Assembly (NCBI RefSeq): GCF_009834535.1
Contig: NC_045696.1
Location: forward strand, 12,154,001-12,218,000
Source of the DNA: Camelus ferus
Taxonomy: Eukaryota
Length of the DNA stretch: 64,000 nt
Reading direction: 5' to 3'
Made by a program: the position numbers and the translations under genes. Positions 25,941 through 39,184 of the stretch are shown piece by piece. Position 1 is the stretch's first letter. Every line of letters begins with the position of its first letter. The notes below the pieces were generated by a model. That model was not told where the DNA came from. It did not search any database and was given only the letters and a program-made list of their open reading frames with translations.

Positions 25941-25970
25941 CCCCACCCTTCACTTGAGGGTAAATAAAAG
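25941..25970 (+). promoter_or_regulatory. Relic KRTAP core promoter: CACCC box plus TATA-like element
   Basis: 'ccccaccc' at 25941-25948 and 'gggtaaataaaag' at 25958-25970, about 85 bp upstream of the degenerate start codon; spacing fits an intronless KRTAP gene with a short 5' UTR. Confidence 0.6.
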
Positions 25971-26046
25971 TCCTAGGACAGTTGGTGACAGTCATACTCA
26001 GGAAACCTGCCCTTGACATCCAGACAACTCTGCAGGTCCTAACACC

Positions 26047-26227
26047 ACAAGATACCATGGCAACTACGATGGAGCTGGGGCTGTGGCTATGGATGCTGCA
26101 GTGGCCTAGGCTGTGGCTATGGCTGTGGATGCACTAGGCCACGGGGCTACTGATGGAGGCTACAGATACGGCTGCTGCTGCCCATCGTGCTGTGGAGGAA
26201 GGATAAGGATCCTCCAGCTTCTACGGA
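26047..26227 (+). pseudogene. High glycine-tyrosine keratin-associated protein pseudogene, KRTAP19-like
   Basis: After 'cctaacacc', frame-corrected translation gives (ACA in place of ATG)-RYHGNYDG / GCGYGCCSGLGCGYGCGC / LGHGATDGGYRYGCCCPSCCGG / G*GSSSFY-(GGA in place of TGA). This matches the KRTAP19 pattern M-x-YYGxYYGGLGxGxG...GYGCCRPSxxGGYGFSxFY*. Lesions: start lost, three apparent frameshifts, one internal TAA, stop lost. Confidence 0.88.
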
Positions 26228-26800
26228 AGAGTGAATTCATTCTTCTAACCTTTGGAATCATCATATCCTCCTGACTTAGTTCTGCTTTCAGGTCCTTTTA
26301 TCCCCTGTGTCAGTTGTGTAGCTGCTTTCTTGATAAACCATATAAACCAGCAGAGGCTGACATGTGAGCTCTTCAAAATCAAGAATCCATTTGCGCAGCA
26401 AACGCCAGAAGCAGCAACAGCAGGAAGGGAATGACCTGGAATCTCACCTTTCAAGCTGCTCTCCCCCACTTCCCTTTCAACAGACTGAGGTGTTACCAAC
26501 TCTCACATTTCAATTAACTGATGTCAATAGTAGAGCAAACAGTCTCATTTCTATTAATTTATTTTGCAGAACTAGATCTAAGCTCCCTGGGGACACCTAC
26601 TAGGCTTGCTTATTCATCACTGTGTGCTCTGTGGCCGTGACAGTATCTGGCACATCTAAGGCAGTCAGAGAATGTTTGCTGGTTAAAAAACATGTTCATG
26701 GTTTTTATAATATACAAGCTATTTTTAATTTGCCCAATAGTTACCTGGAACCTCATATTCATTTTGGAATCATGATGTTTGATCACTCACCCTATTTCTC

Positions 26801-26802
<2 letters not shown>

Positions 26803-26846
<44 letters not shown>

Positions 26847-26853
26847 ACACACA
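26803..26853. repeat. (CA)n microsatellite
   Basis: About 25 units with one TA interruption. Confidence 0.97.
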
Positions 26854-27029
26854 TTATGATTGAACATCTCCCCCTGGGGTATAATTTCTATTTGTTCCAG
26901 GAGCTTAAAAATACCCCAACATTTCCATAGTTGAGGAGCACTCTCTATATATACCTCCTTACAGAGTCAGGCAGAATACTTTGCAATTTGTCAAAATACA
27001 TAAGTTAAAAATTGTTGCTGTTGAGGCAA

Positions 27030-27525
27030 GACATAGGGTGGGGAAATATCTGCAACATATGTAACTGGCAAATGTGTGCTCATGGGAACCCACCCAAATG
27101 TTTATCAACAGCAGAATGGAAAAATAAATTGTAGTATATTCTTACAATGGAATACTACACAGCAATGGCAATCACCAATTCAGAGTGACATCTAGAGGTT
27201 GCTGCACGTCCTGGAGCTCCGTGCAACCATCTGGATAAACCTCACAACCACAATGTAGGGTGAGAGAACCCAGCCATAACAGAATGCGATATAAGCCTAT
27301 TTATTTATGTTTCTAGATAGAAGAATCTAGAACATAGGGTTAGCAGTCAGGATAGTGGTTACCTCTGAGGAGGTAGTATCTGAGAAAGAGCCTGAGGTCA
27401 GGGGTGTGGTGCATCTGAGGTGCTGGAAATATTGCATTTTTGACCCATGTGTTTTGCAATGTCATTGGGCTAACTTATTTTTTTTGTGTGTATATTTTTC
27501 TGCATGTATATTCTAATTAAAAACA
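27030..27525 (+). mobile_element. Ancient L1ME-like 3' end
   Basis: 'cccaaatgtttatcaacagcagaatggaaaaataaattgtagtatattcttacaatggaatactacacagcaatg', 'gtcaggatagtggttacct'. Confidence 0.8.
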
Positions 27526-29216
27526 GTTTCAAATTGATAACACTGTATGATTTAAACAGAGTCCTCTAAGAACAGATAGTTCAAATTATTTACCAAACTT
27601 ATTTTTAGGTACTTAACTTGTATCCATACAGACTAGGAAATATGGGAGTTTCAGATGAATAGCACATTGCTTTTAGTGTTAAGACACTCAAAATCTAATC
27701 ATCTCTAGGAGGGAGACATGAGAAGGGGGTGATGAGTTTCTGCTCTAAAATCTAGGAGAGAATTAGGGAAGTTTTTCCTGATTACCCAACTGATGCTCCA
27801 ACATTAGGTTATCTATACGTTATTAGAATCTGTAGTCTCAGAACTAATCACACCTGAAGGAATAAGACAAAAAGCTGAACAGTAACCACAAAGAAAATGA
27901 AGTGAAGCCCCTGAATTAAAAAAAAACTTGCTTACCTATTGGTTTCTCTTTTTAGTTTATATTGCAAGTACGTTCTGCTCAATGAATGCTGACTATATTT
28001 GCCATATAAAGGCATGCATTAGTGTTCTGCTGGTGATAAAAGTTGGGAATGGGTATTATTAGCAGAGAAAAAAATCTAAAAAATAATTCTAGAAAGAAGA
28101 GTAATAGGACTTCATTTGGAATTTTGATGTGTAAAAGTTGTTCTCGAATGATTTTTGAAAATTATGTAGTGGGCTCATTATTCTTTGATATTGTGTTAGA
28201 AAAATTGTTATCCTGATGTGAAAGATACCAACATATTAGATAAAATGGTGTTTGCCATTCCTTGAATTAATTTGTTTACTCTATTAGAGAGGTTTGGAAA
28301 AGTAAAGCTGTAATGTTCTTGTGTTACTGAAAGGTATTTCAGTTAGGTAACAGTATTAATGATTTCCACATAAAGCCTTCACTATTTCAACGGTGTGCCT
28401 GATGGGTTTGGGATAGCTGATCTGAGCTTTAACAAAATTGATGTGGCTATCAACATTCCTTATGCTGTTGAGTATGTCTGAAAAACGTATATGGGAAAAC
28501 AATGGCTTGGTAACCAAGAGTTACTCCCGAGGGCTGTTGAACTTGGAGATCGGCACAAATCTTGGCCAGGCAGGTGCTTTTATGACCCCACTGCTGACTA
28601 GTATCTTCTACTTGACAGAAAAAATATACCATACATGAACCTCTCACTAAATTCAACTTTCCCTGAATGGTTGCTGAGATTTATCTCACATAAGATGGAT
28701 TAAACTTTCAAGGCTTAGGAGAAACTGCACATTCATTTCCAGCTCACCAGCTAAGTAGTATGCCAAGCTCATGTCATACTTGAAAGGAAGGCTTCAAAGA
28801 TCTGATGCCCCCAGAAGGGGCAGCATCCATGCCACCACTCAAGGCTAAGGCTGAGGCTTTAAAACCACCTTTTCATGCTCAAATCCAAATTAGCATTAAC
28901 CATCTAGGCTATCATAAATTTCAACCATCTGTTAGGAATAATTTTTCAGCGTTGCTTGAGAACTAGTGTTTCTCATTAAATGCTGGCTGACTACTATCTA
29001 GAAATGGTTAGAAGTAGTAAAAAAAGAGAAACTATACATTCTGTAAATGCCTTGATTTATTGGTTATTTTCTTATCTATTTGGACTATAAGTGATAAACT
29101 TATAATTAGAGAAGAAAACGTTTACTAGGTTCTCTCTAATGTCAAATTTATGGTAAGACCATTAAATCCCAGTTGACTTCAAATCAAGCAATATTTGTAT
29201 TTATGACTGGGAAGAG

Positions 29217-29570
29217 TGTATTATGCAGGACAGCTAGACTATGCTGCAGTAACAAATATACCCTCAACTCTCAGTGGCTTAATCCAGTAGGGTTTATTTA
29301 TGAGTTTTGTCTCTGTATTATACAGGTCAGGCAGCTCTCCTTGTGGTTTCCTGAGTGGCTTAGGGATCTGAGCCTCTTCCATCCTGTATCTAATTGTCCT
29401 AGTCATGCTGAAGGGAGAGGAGAGAACATAAGAAATCATACCTGCTCTTAACTGCTCTGGATGGGATGTAACATATCAACTCTGTTCCTTTTCCCATTGA
29501 TGTGCACTCAGCCATATGTCTCTGTGTGCCCAGCATAGGGTGAATCAGTGGTCTCTGCTATGACTGCTTT
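29217..29570 (-). mobile_element. Old MaLR LTR (MLT1J/K/L-like)
   Basis: 'ctagactatgctgcagtaacaaatataccctcaactctcagtggcttaa'. Confidence 0.75.
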
Positions 29571-29864
29571 CCTCAGCCAGAACAAGATTGTTTTGCACAT
29601 CTCAGGGGCCCTTTGCTTCACTTTAATTTGTTGGTTTCACCCAAATGTAAACGTGATGGCAAAATCTTGGGTTCTGTTGCTCAAACTTAGGTCCAGCTTG
29701 GTTTCACTTACTTCTTTAATGTGCATTTCTTAGATGTCCTTATTCTTTGATCCAAGTCAGTTTGGCTCAATTCATTGACTCAAGTCAATGAAAAAAATAA
29801 AATAGCAATATGGGGCCAAATATAGTTTTATGGTGTGTGTTGGAGTTGACTTTCAGTGTTAGCT

Positions 29865-30095
29865 ACCATTCAATCATTCATTCAAATATTATTGAACACT
29901 GACATATTCTAGACACTGTGCAAAGCATATGGGAAGTGGTTATTGGAACTCCCTGCTCCTAAGTAGACTGCAATCTAAAGAAAGTAAAACTTAAAGAGGT
30001 TTAGCAACTTAACTGATTTTAAACCCAGATCCAGTCAAATTACAGTGCTAGAATTTGAAACCAAGTCAGTGTCACCAAAACCCATGGTCCTGACT
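29865..30095 (-). mobile_element. L2 3' end followed by MIR fragments
   Basis: 'cattcaatcattcattcaaatattattgaacact...ctagacactgtgc' and 'ctagaatttgaaaccaagtcag'. Confidence 0.6.
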
Positions 30096-30113
30096 TTTAT
30101 CCCCTACTTCCTC

Positions 30114-30679
30114 TGTGATAGACAGACTTTCTACAGTGGCCTCCACAAAAATGTTCTTCCCTGAATCCATGGAAGCTGCTGAGAATATGAAGCCATATCA
30201 CTCCCATGATTGTGTTATGTTGTGACACGGTTAACCTCATGATTATTTGAGTGGGCTTGACTAATCCCATGACTCCTGGAAAGCAGAGAGGTTTCCTGAC
30301 TGGTAGCAGAAGAGGAAGTCTGAGACTCAAAGCATGAAAGAGATTCAACACACAGTCCCTGGCTTTTGAGATGCAGGGGGCCACATGTGAAGCACTGGGG
30401 GCACCCACTAAGAGCAGAGAGAGGCCCTTAATTAACAGCCAGCCAGGAAACGGGCGCCTCGGACCTACAGCCACCACCTGAATGAGCTTGGGATTCGATT
30501 CATCTCCAGAGCCTCCAGACTACAGCTCAACCTGGCTGACTTTGGTCTTGTGAAATCTAAGTAGAGAATCCGGTCAAGCTCACTGGATTTCTGACATACA
30601 GAGTTGTGAGATAATAAAATGTGTTGTTAAACTGCTAAAATTGGAGCAATTTGTTATACAGTAATAGAAAACTAATGTA
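30114..30679 (+). mobile_element. MaLR LTR, MLT1E/F-like
   Basis: 'tcactcccatgatt', 'gagtgggcttgactaatc', 'cagccagccaggaaacggg', 'tgtgagataataaaatgtgttg', end 'gcaatttgttatacagtaatagaaaactaatgta'. Confidence 0.85.
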
Positions 30680-32299
30680 TCCGCTCAGATTTCAAAAAAA
30701 AATCCATCAGTCTACCTTCCTTGGCTAATCTGATCCGTCGATTGTGAATCAAAAGTGCTGCCCTATCTTCTACTGAAATTTCTTCACGTTCCCCTAACGT
30801 TAGCATGAGAAAATTTCATGGAAACCAATTCCAGCTCCACTTCAGAGACATATTTGAATGACTCTTTATTCTCAGTGAGGCACTTTCAGACATATTTCTC
30901 TTTGGGGGAACCTGGAATGGTGTCTCTGAGCCCATTTGCCAGCTAGGAAACAGAGCTCAGAGGTCAGAGGACTTGTGTAATGGTACCTAGAAAACTAGTG
31001 GTAGATCTGGGTTGTTTCAATGTGCTTTTATTTGTTAAAAAGTATCTTCTTCCCTTTAGGAAGCATGATTCCTAAATCTTACTCTTTGGGGCAAAATTTC
31101 CTCTTAAGGTAGATTTAATGTCTGAGGCAGTCGTGACATTTACATAGGGAAATTTTTATAGTTTGTTTTTCTACTCTCACTTTTAGACACATTTCATTAT
31201 CCCAGCCTCTTGGATTTTGCCAGCAAAATGTCTTTTAGTGACCTCAGTGATATTCTCTTGATTTGTTTAAACCATGCCATTTCCACTTCAGTGGTGCTCC
31301 AACTGGTTGGCATTTGATAGAGCCTCACATCCATTGTTATATGAATAGACGTTGAAAATCATTTTGATGTAGGAAAAGAAAGCAACTAAGTTTAGGTTAC
31401 TAAAGAAAACTCAAACCGAACTCTTTGACCCTGAGCCCCAAAGAGCACAGTATAAATGCTGGGCAAACTATTTTTGTCTTCTGCTTTATAAATGAGTTCT
31501 TTTCTTTTTCTGTTGACTACTGTCTGGCACAGCTGCTGTCTTCAGAGCATAAAAAAGATGGGAATCATGAAAACAAGGAAATAAAACTTTGCCCGAAACA
31601 CCTTGGCCTGTGAATCATAGTCAGTCTCCTCTGAAGCCTGTGTATAGACACTAAGTCATTTATGAATGAAGAATCCTAGGTTAGTGATGGCACCAACAAA
31701 AGCAGTTAAGACAGGTGGATTCTATTTCTGGTTCCAAAATGATGATAAAATGAGAGAAGTCGCTTTAACTTTTTTCAGTATCTCTACTTGTGAAATGAGA
31801 AGAAAATAAGAAAATCCTTTTTTTTTTTTTTTTTTTTTTTTGGAAGATAATATAAAGACCTGCTTAACCTCCCATCTTTGCAGCCTTCTCATTCTCACAG
31901 CTGGATTCTCTTAGCTTCTCCCTTGCATTCAACCCTGGATACCAGCTCTGAAATCCATGCTCTTTCTTGATAGGAGGAACCCAAACAGTAGCTCATGTGG
32001 CTCAGTTTTGATACTGCCCCACTTGGAGTTTTGAACCCTGGTTGGGTTTTGGCTTAGTTCTTAGTCATCCAACCCTTTCCTATAACCACATGCTAGTAAC
32101 TGGATCCCCAGCCCATGTTCATACATCTGAGCCTCCCTCCTGGTTTTCAATGCTCTGTCCCACCTCTTGCTTCCAAGGCTGAGGGTCTACAGATGACTCT
32201 TTTGATCATCCTGCCAAATTTCAGCCAGAATATTCATGTTTCAGCTCTCTCCATCTATCTTTTCCATCAATACTTGAGAACGAATTCTTAAAGATCATT

Positions 32300-34085
32300 C
32301 TTTAAAAATGTTATTAAGTATTGAGATAAAAATACTTATAAAATATACACAAAACATAAAGACTAACAACACAAGATTGAAGTAATCTGCCCAGTTACCA
32401 CCACCAAAAATAATGACTGCTATCTTTGAAGTCCCTGTCCCAGCCCTATCCCACTCTGCTCAGAGAAAACCACTGAAATTTATGTTTATCATTCTCTCTC
32501 TCTCTGTTTCTCTTTTTCTCTCTGTTTAGTTTTCCCAGATGGTAATTCCCTAAATAATATATTGTTCTGTGTTGCATGTTTTTGAACTTAATATAAGCAA
32601 AAATAGTTTATGTCTTATGCTACTTGCTTTTTTAGTTCAACATTATGTTCCTGAGATTTATCTATGTTTTTACATATACAGGTAATTCATTAATTTTCAC
32701 AAGAATACAGTGTTTCCTTGTAAAGACTATCATGTAGTTTATCTCTTCTACAATTGAGGAACATTTGGGTTTTTTTTTCTATTTTTCTTTGTATGACAAA
32801 AAATGCTGTTATGGATATGCACTTGTCTTCTAGGGGTCCTTGCTAGGTGATGCAATTTTCAAAGATGCGGTTTCAAAGTTTTCAGAGATAAAGTCTTAAT
32901 TTATAATCCCACCAGAGGAGTAACCCCACATCTTTGCCAGCTTTAGATTTTGCCAGGATTCTTAACCTTTGCCAATTTGGAAGTTGTATATGTACTACCT
33001 CATTGTGGTTTGAATTTTCATTTTCTTGATGACTAACAAGGCTGAAATCTTGCTTATATTTGTTTGGACCTTTGGATATACTCTTCCCTGAAGAGCTGTT
33101 CAAATACTTTGTTTCAGTTTTCTATCCGTCCTTTGTTTTTCCTTGCTGATTCATAGAGGTTCTTTATATACTCTAGATACTATTCCCTTGTTAATAATAC
33201 ATATGGCAAACATGTTCTACCAGTTTGTAGCTTACATTTTTACTTTTTTTTTTTATATTTTTTGGTGAATAAAGGGTCTTATTTTTGCTTTAGCTAATTT
33301 ACCCATATCTTCTTCTATTATTCATAGTTTTTGTATCTTGCTTAAGAAATTTTTCCTTATCCCTAATGTTACAAAAATGTTGTCCTTTGTTATGCCTAGA
33401 AAGTTCATAGTTTTGTTCTTCATATTTAGGTCTCTAGTCCACCTGGATTTTCTTCTTTATTATTATTATTTTTTGCATGAGGTAAAGTAGGGCTTTGATT
33501 TCGTTTTTCCACAGCAATAACAATTATTTCAGATATGTGTATTAAAAGTCTATTCTTCCCCACTGTGCAATGCCTACCCTGCCATAAATCAAATTTCAGG
33601 TCTGTTTTGAACTCTCTAATATGTTTTATTCATCTATTTGCCTTTCCCTATGACAAAATGGTAGTATCATAATTGTCAAAGCTTTATAAGAATTTTTAAA
33701 ATCTGATAAAGCAAGTTTCACTAACTTTTTATTCTTTTATAATGTCTTGGTTATTCCTGGCCCTAGGATTTTCCATATATATTTTGAAATTTTCTTTTGA
33801 TAAGTTGCATATTTGACATTTTTTAGGAATTTACTAAGTCACCCACTTTTATAAATATGTTTCATGTACTTGAGAAGAATGTGTATTCTGAGGACATAGT
33901 ATATTAGATAATGTATATGATACAATATTTTGTGTATTGTTTGAATCTATATCCTTACCAATTTTTTTTTGTGTTTGACTTATTCTTGGGAAAAGTATGC
34001 TAAAATATTGCACTATAATTGCATATTTTCCCTATATTCCTGTCCATTTTTGCTTTAAATGCTTTAAAGCTATGTTACTTAGTGT
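32300..34085 (-). mobile_element. Ancient L1 (L1M/L1ME-like) 3' UTR and ORF2 remnants
   Basis: T-rich antisense L1 motifs 'ttcaacattatgttcctgagatttatc', 'ctcattgtggtttgaattttcattttcttgatgactaa', 'catatttaggtctctagtccacctgga', 'cttgagaagaatgtgtattctg'. Confidence 0.85.
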
Positions 34086-35179
34086 TTTGTTGCATCTCAA
34101 ACCTTCTTTGACATTGATACCTGGGAGAATTGAGTAAATACATATGGCTAGATTAGAGTTAATTTTCAATGAACAACTTTAGCTCTGCCAAAGATCTTTC
34201 TATTGTCTAGGAATGTATATTAATATGTGTTTTAGGTTTACAAATAAAAGAAAGCATTAGATGAGTGGAATGTGTAAATAATGCCAGCAGCATGTATGCA
34301 AATTATTAGCTTTGGTGGTTTTTTTTTGTTTTTTGTTTTGGTGGTGAGGAAGTTGAGTTTGTATTCCTTTTGTTGGAGTCATTAAATATATTTCGTATCG
34401 TTTCTTTTCATATGTGGTGCATTAACTTGTTCATGACTCTCTGAGCCTTTTTGTCCCTCAAGAGGAAAAATGTGATGCTGGAGGCCATGAGTCAGCGATG
34501 GGAGGAAGATGAGGGAAGGAGCCACAGAAAAGGACCCACTTGGTTAATGTCTTATTAGTCTGAAGAGTCCTGTCAGCATCTTCCTTCCCCTTTGTAGTTT
34601 CTTGGCTCCTTAAGGAGGCAGGAAGGAGATGGGCTTTTAGAAAGTTTCACTTTCAAGGGAAATACTGCTGCCCCAGTTTCAACTGCCACACAAGAAACCA
34701 TTAACTAACATTATAGCATGTGCATGTGAATAACATTAAACATTGGATACCTCAACCAGCGTTTTTGAAATCTGTTTCGTGGCACCACTTTATAAAATTC
34801 AGGTTCCCTTTAATCCTAAACATATTCAGAATATGATAGCAATTACCCATCATTTTTAGAGATATGCAAGAACAATATGTTTTTGAACTGACAGAGCCTC
34901 GTTTCTTTTGAAGTGCTTTATCAGGAATTAAAATGAGGAAGTGTGCTGAGAATATGCAAATACATTCAAGTGCACACAATTAAAACCCTGAGATGCATTT
35001 GATGATAAATCACTTCACTGTGGTTGCAAGCATTCGCAATAGGAATTCAAATTGATAATTATGATTCTCAGACTAGCTAACAGTTTTCCATTTTTATCTG
35101 CTATTTGAAATAAGAAGAGAAATATAGTACCTTAAAACCAATCTCGAACAAGCAGATTGCATTTCAAATATATGGGAAC

Positions 35180-35573
35180 TTTTTTTTAAAATTGAAGTAT
35201 AGTCAGTTTACAATGTGGTGTCAATTTCTGGTGTACAGCTAATGTTTCAGTCATACACATACGTACATATATTCTTTTTCATATTCTTTTTCATCACAGG
35301 TTACTACAAGATATCGAATATAGTTCCCTGTACTATACAGTATAAACTTGCTGTTTATTTTACATATAGTAGTTAGTATCTGCAAATCTCCAACTCCCAA
35401 ATTATCCCTTCCCACCCTCTTCTCCTGGTAACCATACGTTTGTTTTTTATGATTGTGAGTCTGTTTCTGTTTTGTAAATAAGTTCATTTGTGTCTTTTTC
35501 CTTTAAATTCCATGTATAAGTGATATCAAATGATATATATTTTTTTCTCTTTCTGCCTTACTTCATTTAGAAT
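35180..35573 (-). mobile_element. Camelid-type L1 3' UTR fragment
   Basis: T-tract then 'attgaagtatagtcagtttacaatgtggtgtcaatttctggtgtacagc'; same family as 10600-10895 and 38648-39184. Confidence 0.92.
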
Positions 35574-36272
35574 CTGGATGAAGAAGTTGTTATAGACGGG
35601 AGCTTTTTCTTTTCTCTGGTTGTCTTATGTAAAAGAACCTTGAGAAAACCACAGGTAGAGAAAAAAAAAAAAAAAAAGCTGGTTCCAGCCCTACCTCCCA
35701 CTCCCAGCTTCAGAATAAATCTCAAAAGCTGGTTCCAGTTCCCAAATTATCCCCAGTACAGGCCTAACAAATGAGGGCAGGTGTGCCATGCGCCCACTAC
35801 AAGGCAAATGTGTTGTACTGGAATTTAAGCTGCCTTCTAACCAGTCCCTTCCCTCAGCAAGCCCTGAACTGATGGACCAACTTGACGGTGGGAGAGTGTG
35901 TGGGGCTGGGTTAGAGGAGGACTGCTGTGATTTCTTCATTCAGACATTCATCATCAGCTGGGCCAGTTCTGCTCCGCTTTTGGTTGCTTCTTCAGCTTGG
36001 AGGGATGAGTCCACCTGAGCAGACAGCCTTCCGCGTTGGCAATCGTGTGGATTGCAGTTGTGATGACTTGGCGCAGGTTTGGGAGGGCTAGAGCAGATGT
36101 TAGGGTCGTTGGGAACTTGCTGGAGTGCCGGCTTGATGAAGGGAAATCAATCCATTTCCTCCTGGCAGAGGATCTCCCCTAAAGTCACAACTGTTCTGCC
36201 TCTCTTACCTGAATTTTTTGTCTGCCTGGCCCAAGCTTATTTTAATTATTTTCAAAAGTGTTTATTTTAAAG

Positions 36273-36785
36273 TGTAGGTTTTATTATTCTGGTATGATGA
36301 GGTCAACAGATCAGGAGGTGACTGCCATTGAAAAGACCACCTGTTGCTCATAGTTCCCGAGAGGAGGGGGCCCCACAGGGCTAAAGGGGGAAGTAACAGG
36401 GTCAGCCTGGAGGCAGAAGGAGCAGGAGGAGAGCATGGACAAGAGATTTCCTTGTGGCTTCTGCAGGGAGGAACGGTGAGGCAGGGTGAGCAGGCTGAGG
36501 ATTGGCTAGTTGAATAATTTCAGTGGGCTCTGGGGCATAGGGGCTTCCTGAGTTGTTTGGTACCTGGCCCTGGTGTGATTAGGGCAGGGGGAGAGTGCCC
36601 CAGAATGTCAGAACCTGAAAAAAGGGGTGGTTGGGAGTATGAGATCAATTGGTTGGTTTGCCAAAGAAAGGCATGTTTGCAGGGTGAGTCTTTTAGTATC
36701 TTTAGGAATTTCCCTGGGAGAGGCAGTGCTTCCAGGGTCAGTAAGACCCCGAGATGTCAAAGTATCAGATTCACATATTTAACAG
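36273..36785 (-). mobile_element. LTR, MER21-like
   Basis: 'tgatgaggtcaacagatcaggaggtgactgccattgaaaaga...catagttcccgagaggagggg', 'gattggctagttgaataatttcagtgggctctgggg'; TG...CA ends. Confidence 0.7.
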
Positions 36786-38647
36786 CATTGTAATAAACAA
36801 ATGTCTCCTTTCCTGTGGGTACTCCTCAAGGCTTTGCACAATTCTCTGAGTGACAGGTCCCTAGGTAGTCCCATGACCCAGATGAGAGAGCCCAGGTGGA
36901 CTGACAGAACATCTAGCAGAAGTCGGGCTCACCTTCCTCCCTCCCAGCACCTTCTGAGGGTGGAAAGGATGTGTTCTGCCGTGGACTTTTCTTAAGACCT
37001 CACTTAACCTCTCTGAATTTCATCTGTGACACATGAATGAGAGCAGTCGTCTTATCGATGGAGGAAGAACTGGGAAGCAGACAAGAAAAAAAGATTTCAA
37101 GCACATATACTGTTCTGTACAAGCGTGATTCATGATTACTTAGTAGAGAAAAGAAGCTGAAACCTTGAAAGGAGCATAAACTAAAATGGAAACCAGACAC
37201 TACCAACAATGAAATAGAATCAGTCTTTTTAAAGTTTGATTCAAAGCTTACATATTGAGCACAGGCTCCATCTGGCATCCCTAAACTGGGAGTTTTGGCT
37301 CTGAGTTGAGGTAATTCAGAGAATCTGGCAATCCTGGAACTCGCTGTTGAGATGTTGGCTAAGTCCGTTGCAATTCTTAATCGAATCATCGCAGCACAAT
37401 ATCTGTGCCTGCTTGTCTATTTCTTTTGAAGTAAGATTTAGGAAATTTCCCTTTAGGGCACTAAGCATTTCAGGTTTCCTCAAAACAGTTTCTGCAAAGC
37501 TGTTTTGATTTATGTCTGGGACAAAGTCCTAGAGAGATCTTGATTGTACTGTTTGCCAATCCGGTTAAAATGAATTTTTTCTCTTTGACTGTCTGGGGAG
37601 TCTACCCGTAAGCTCTGTTTATTTCCTTATGTGCCTGGTGCATAACTGGTGAGTAACTGCCCAGAGTCCCAGATTTTAAGATAGAAGGTGGTGAGACTTT
37701 TTTTGGGATGACTGCAGTTCTCAAGAAGCAAATATAAACAAGGCACAGAAGAGATGATTACATTTGTGTTTTGAGGACCCCAGCAAGCAGACACAGTTGC
37801 AATCTAGAATCAGCGGGAAAGAAAAGAGACGTATGGGTTTATAAAGCAGGATTAAAAACGGAGTTGCCTGAATAAAAGGCAGGAATCTGGGGTCTCGTGT
37901 GTTGAAATGCCAGCTCTGCTGAAGATGGGCGTGTTGTTTCCATTCATTATTTGAAAAGTAGAAGGAGCCATCTCATTGTTTAAGAAGGCCAAAGGGCACT
38001 AGCCAGCTGATGACACTGAAACCCTCAAAGGTTTCAGATTTCTCTAGAAATGCAAAACAATGCCCTTTAATGGTGACAGTGAAATAGCTATGATGGCCAA
38101 TGAGCATGTTTTAGAAATACATGAGGAACCGTAATCTCTGGAACAATGTCTCTCAGTGGAAGGTATAATTCTCGGTAAATAGGAAAACTAAAGACATCAA
38201 AACCAGTGATGAAATTTACTTTGCCTGAGGACGAGAAAAGAACCATTCGCAAATGAAGATTAAAAACCTCATACCCTCTCTCTGGAAATGTTCCCCAGTC
38301 CCCACACAGTAGATCTTAGGTTGTGTGGAGTTCTCGGTCATTACACAAGGCATTTAAATGATTAGTTTCCCAGTATGTGCCTCACGTGTCTGCAAATGTC
38401 CTTAGTTTTCGTAAGACTTTGGACACCCTGAATTAAGCAAGTATTTGATGGGGGGCAGTTTCAGGTCTCGTGAGGGATTTGAGGTCCTATTTATTTTTAG
38501 AGCCTATGGAAGCTCATATAGACCAGGTCCTGGGGTGGGTGTTGGTATAGAGGTTGTATCTCTGGGTTTAATATCAGATCCAGCTCTCAGCAGATGCAGG
38601 ACATGTGGGCTCTCAAAGAATATTCTTTTTTTTCCCCATGAAAAGAT

Positions 38648-39184
38648 TTTTTTTTTTAATTGAAGTATAGTCAGTTTACAATGTGTCAATTTCTGGTGTA
38701 CAGCATAATGTTTCAGTCATACATATACGTTCATATATTCCTTTTCATATTCTTTTTCATTATAGGTCACTACAGGATATTGAATAAATTTCCTGTGCTA
38801 TACAGTAGAAACTTGTTTATCTTATGTATATTTGTTAATGTCTGCAAACTTGAACTCCCAATTTATCCCTTTCTACCTTCTCCTCCCTTGGTAACCATGT
38901 TTGCTTTCTATGTCTGTGAGTCTGTTTCTGTTTCGTAAATAAGTTCATTTGTGTCATTTTCTTAGATTCCACATATAAGTGATATCATATGGTATTTTTC
39001 TTTCTCTTTCTGACTTACTTCACATAGAATGACAATGTCCAGGTCCATCCATGTTGCTGCAAATGGCATTATTTTATTCTTTTTTATGGCTGAGTAGTAT
39101 TCCATTGTATAAGTATACCACAACTTCTTTATCCAATCATCTGTCACTGGACATTTAGGTTGTTCCATGTCTTGGCTATTGTAA
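38648..39184 (-). mobile_element. Camelid-type L1 3' end
   Basis: T-tract, 3' UTR and ORF2 C-terminus (ORF 38962-39168: QPKCP...WIKKLWY...MEYYSAIKKNKIMPFAATWMDL). Confidence 0.93.

Noticed and set aside
26057..26137. Kozak-context ATG ORF MATTMELGLWLWMLQWPRLWLWLWMH
   Set aside because: Out-of-frame reading of the Gly-Tyr/Gly-Cys codon runs of the KRTAP relic; no evidence of function.
31440..31500. TATAAA followed by possible second KRTAP gene
   Set aside because: No Gly/Tyr- or Cys-rich coding relic follows.
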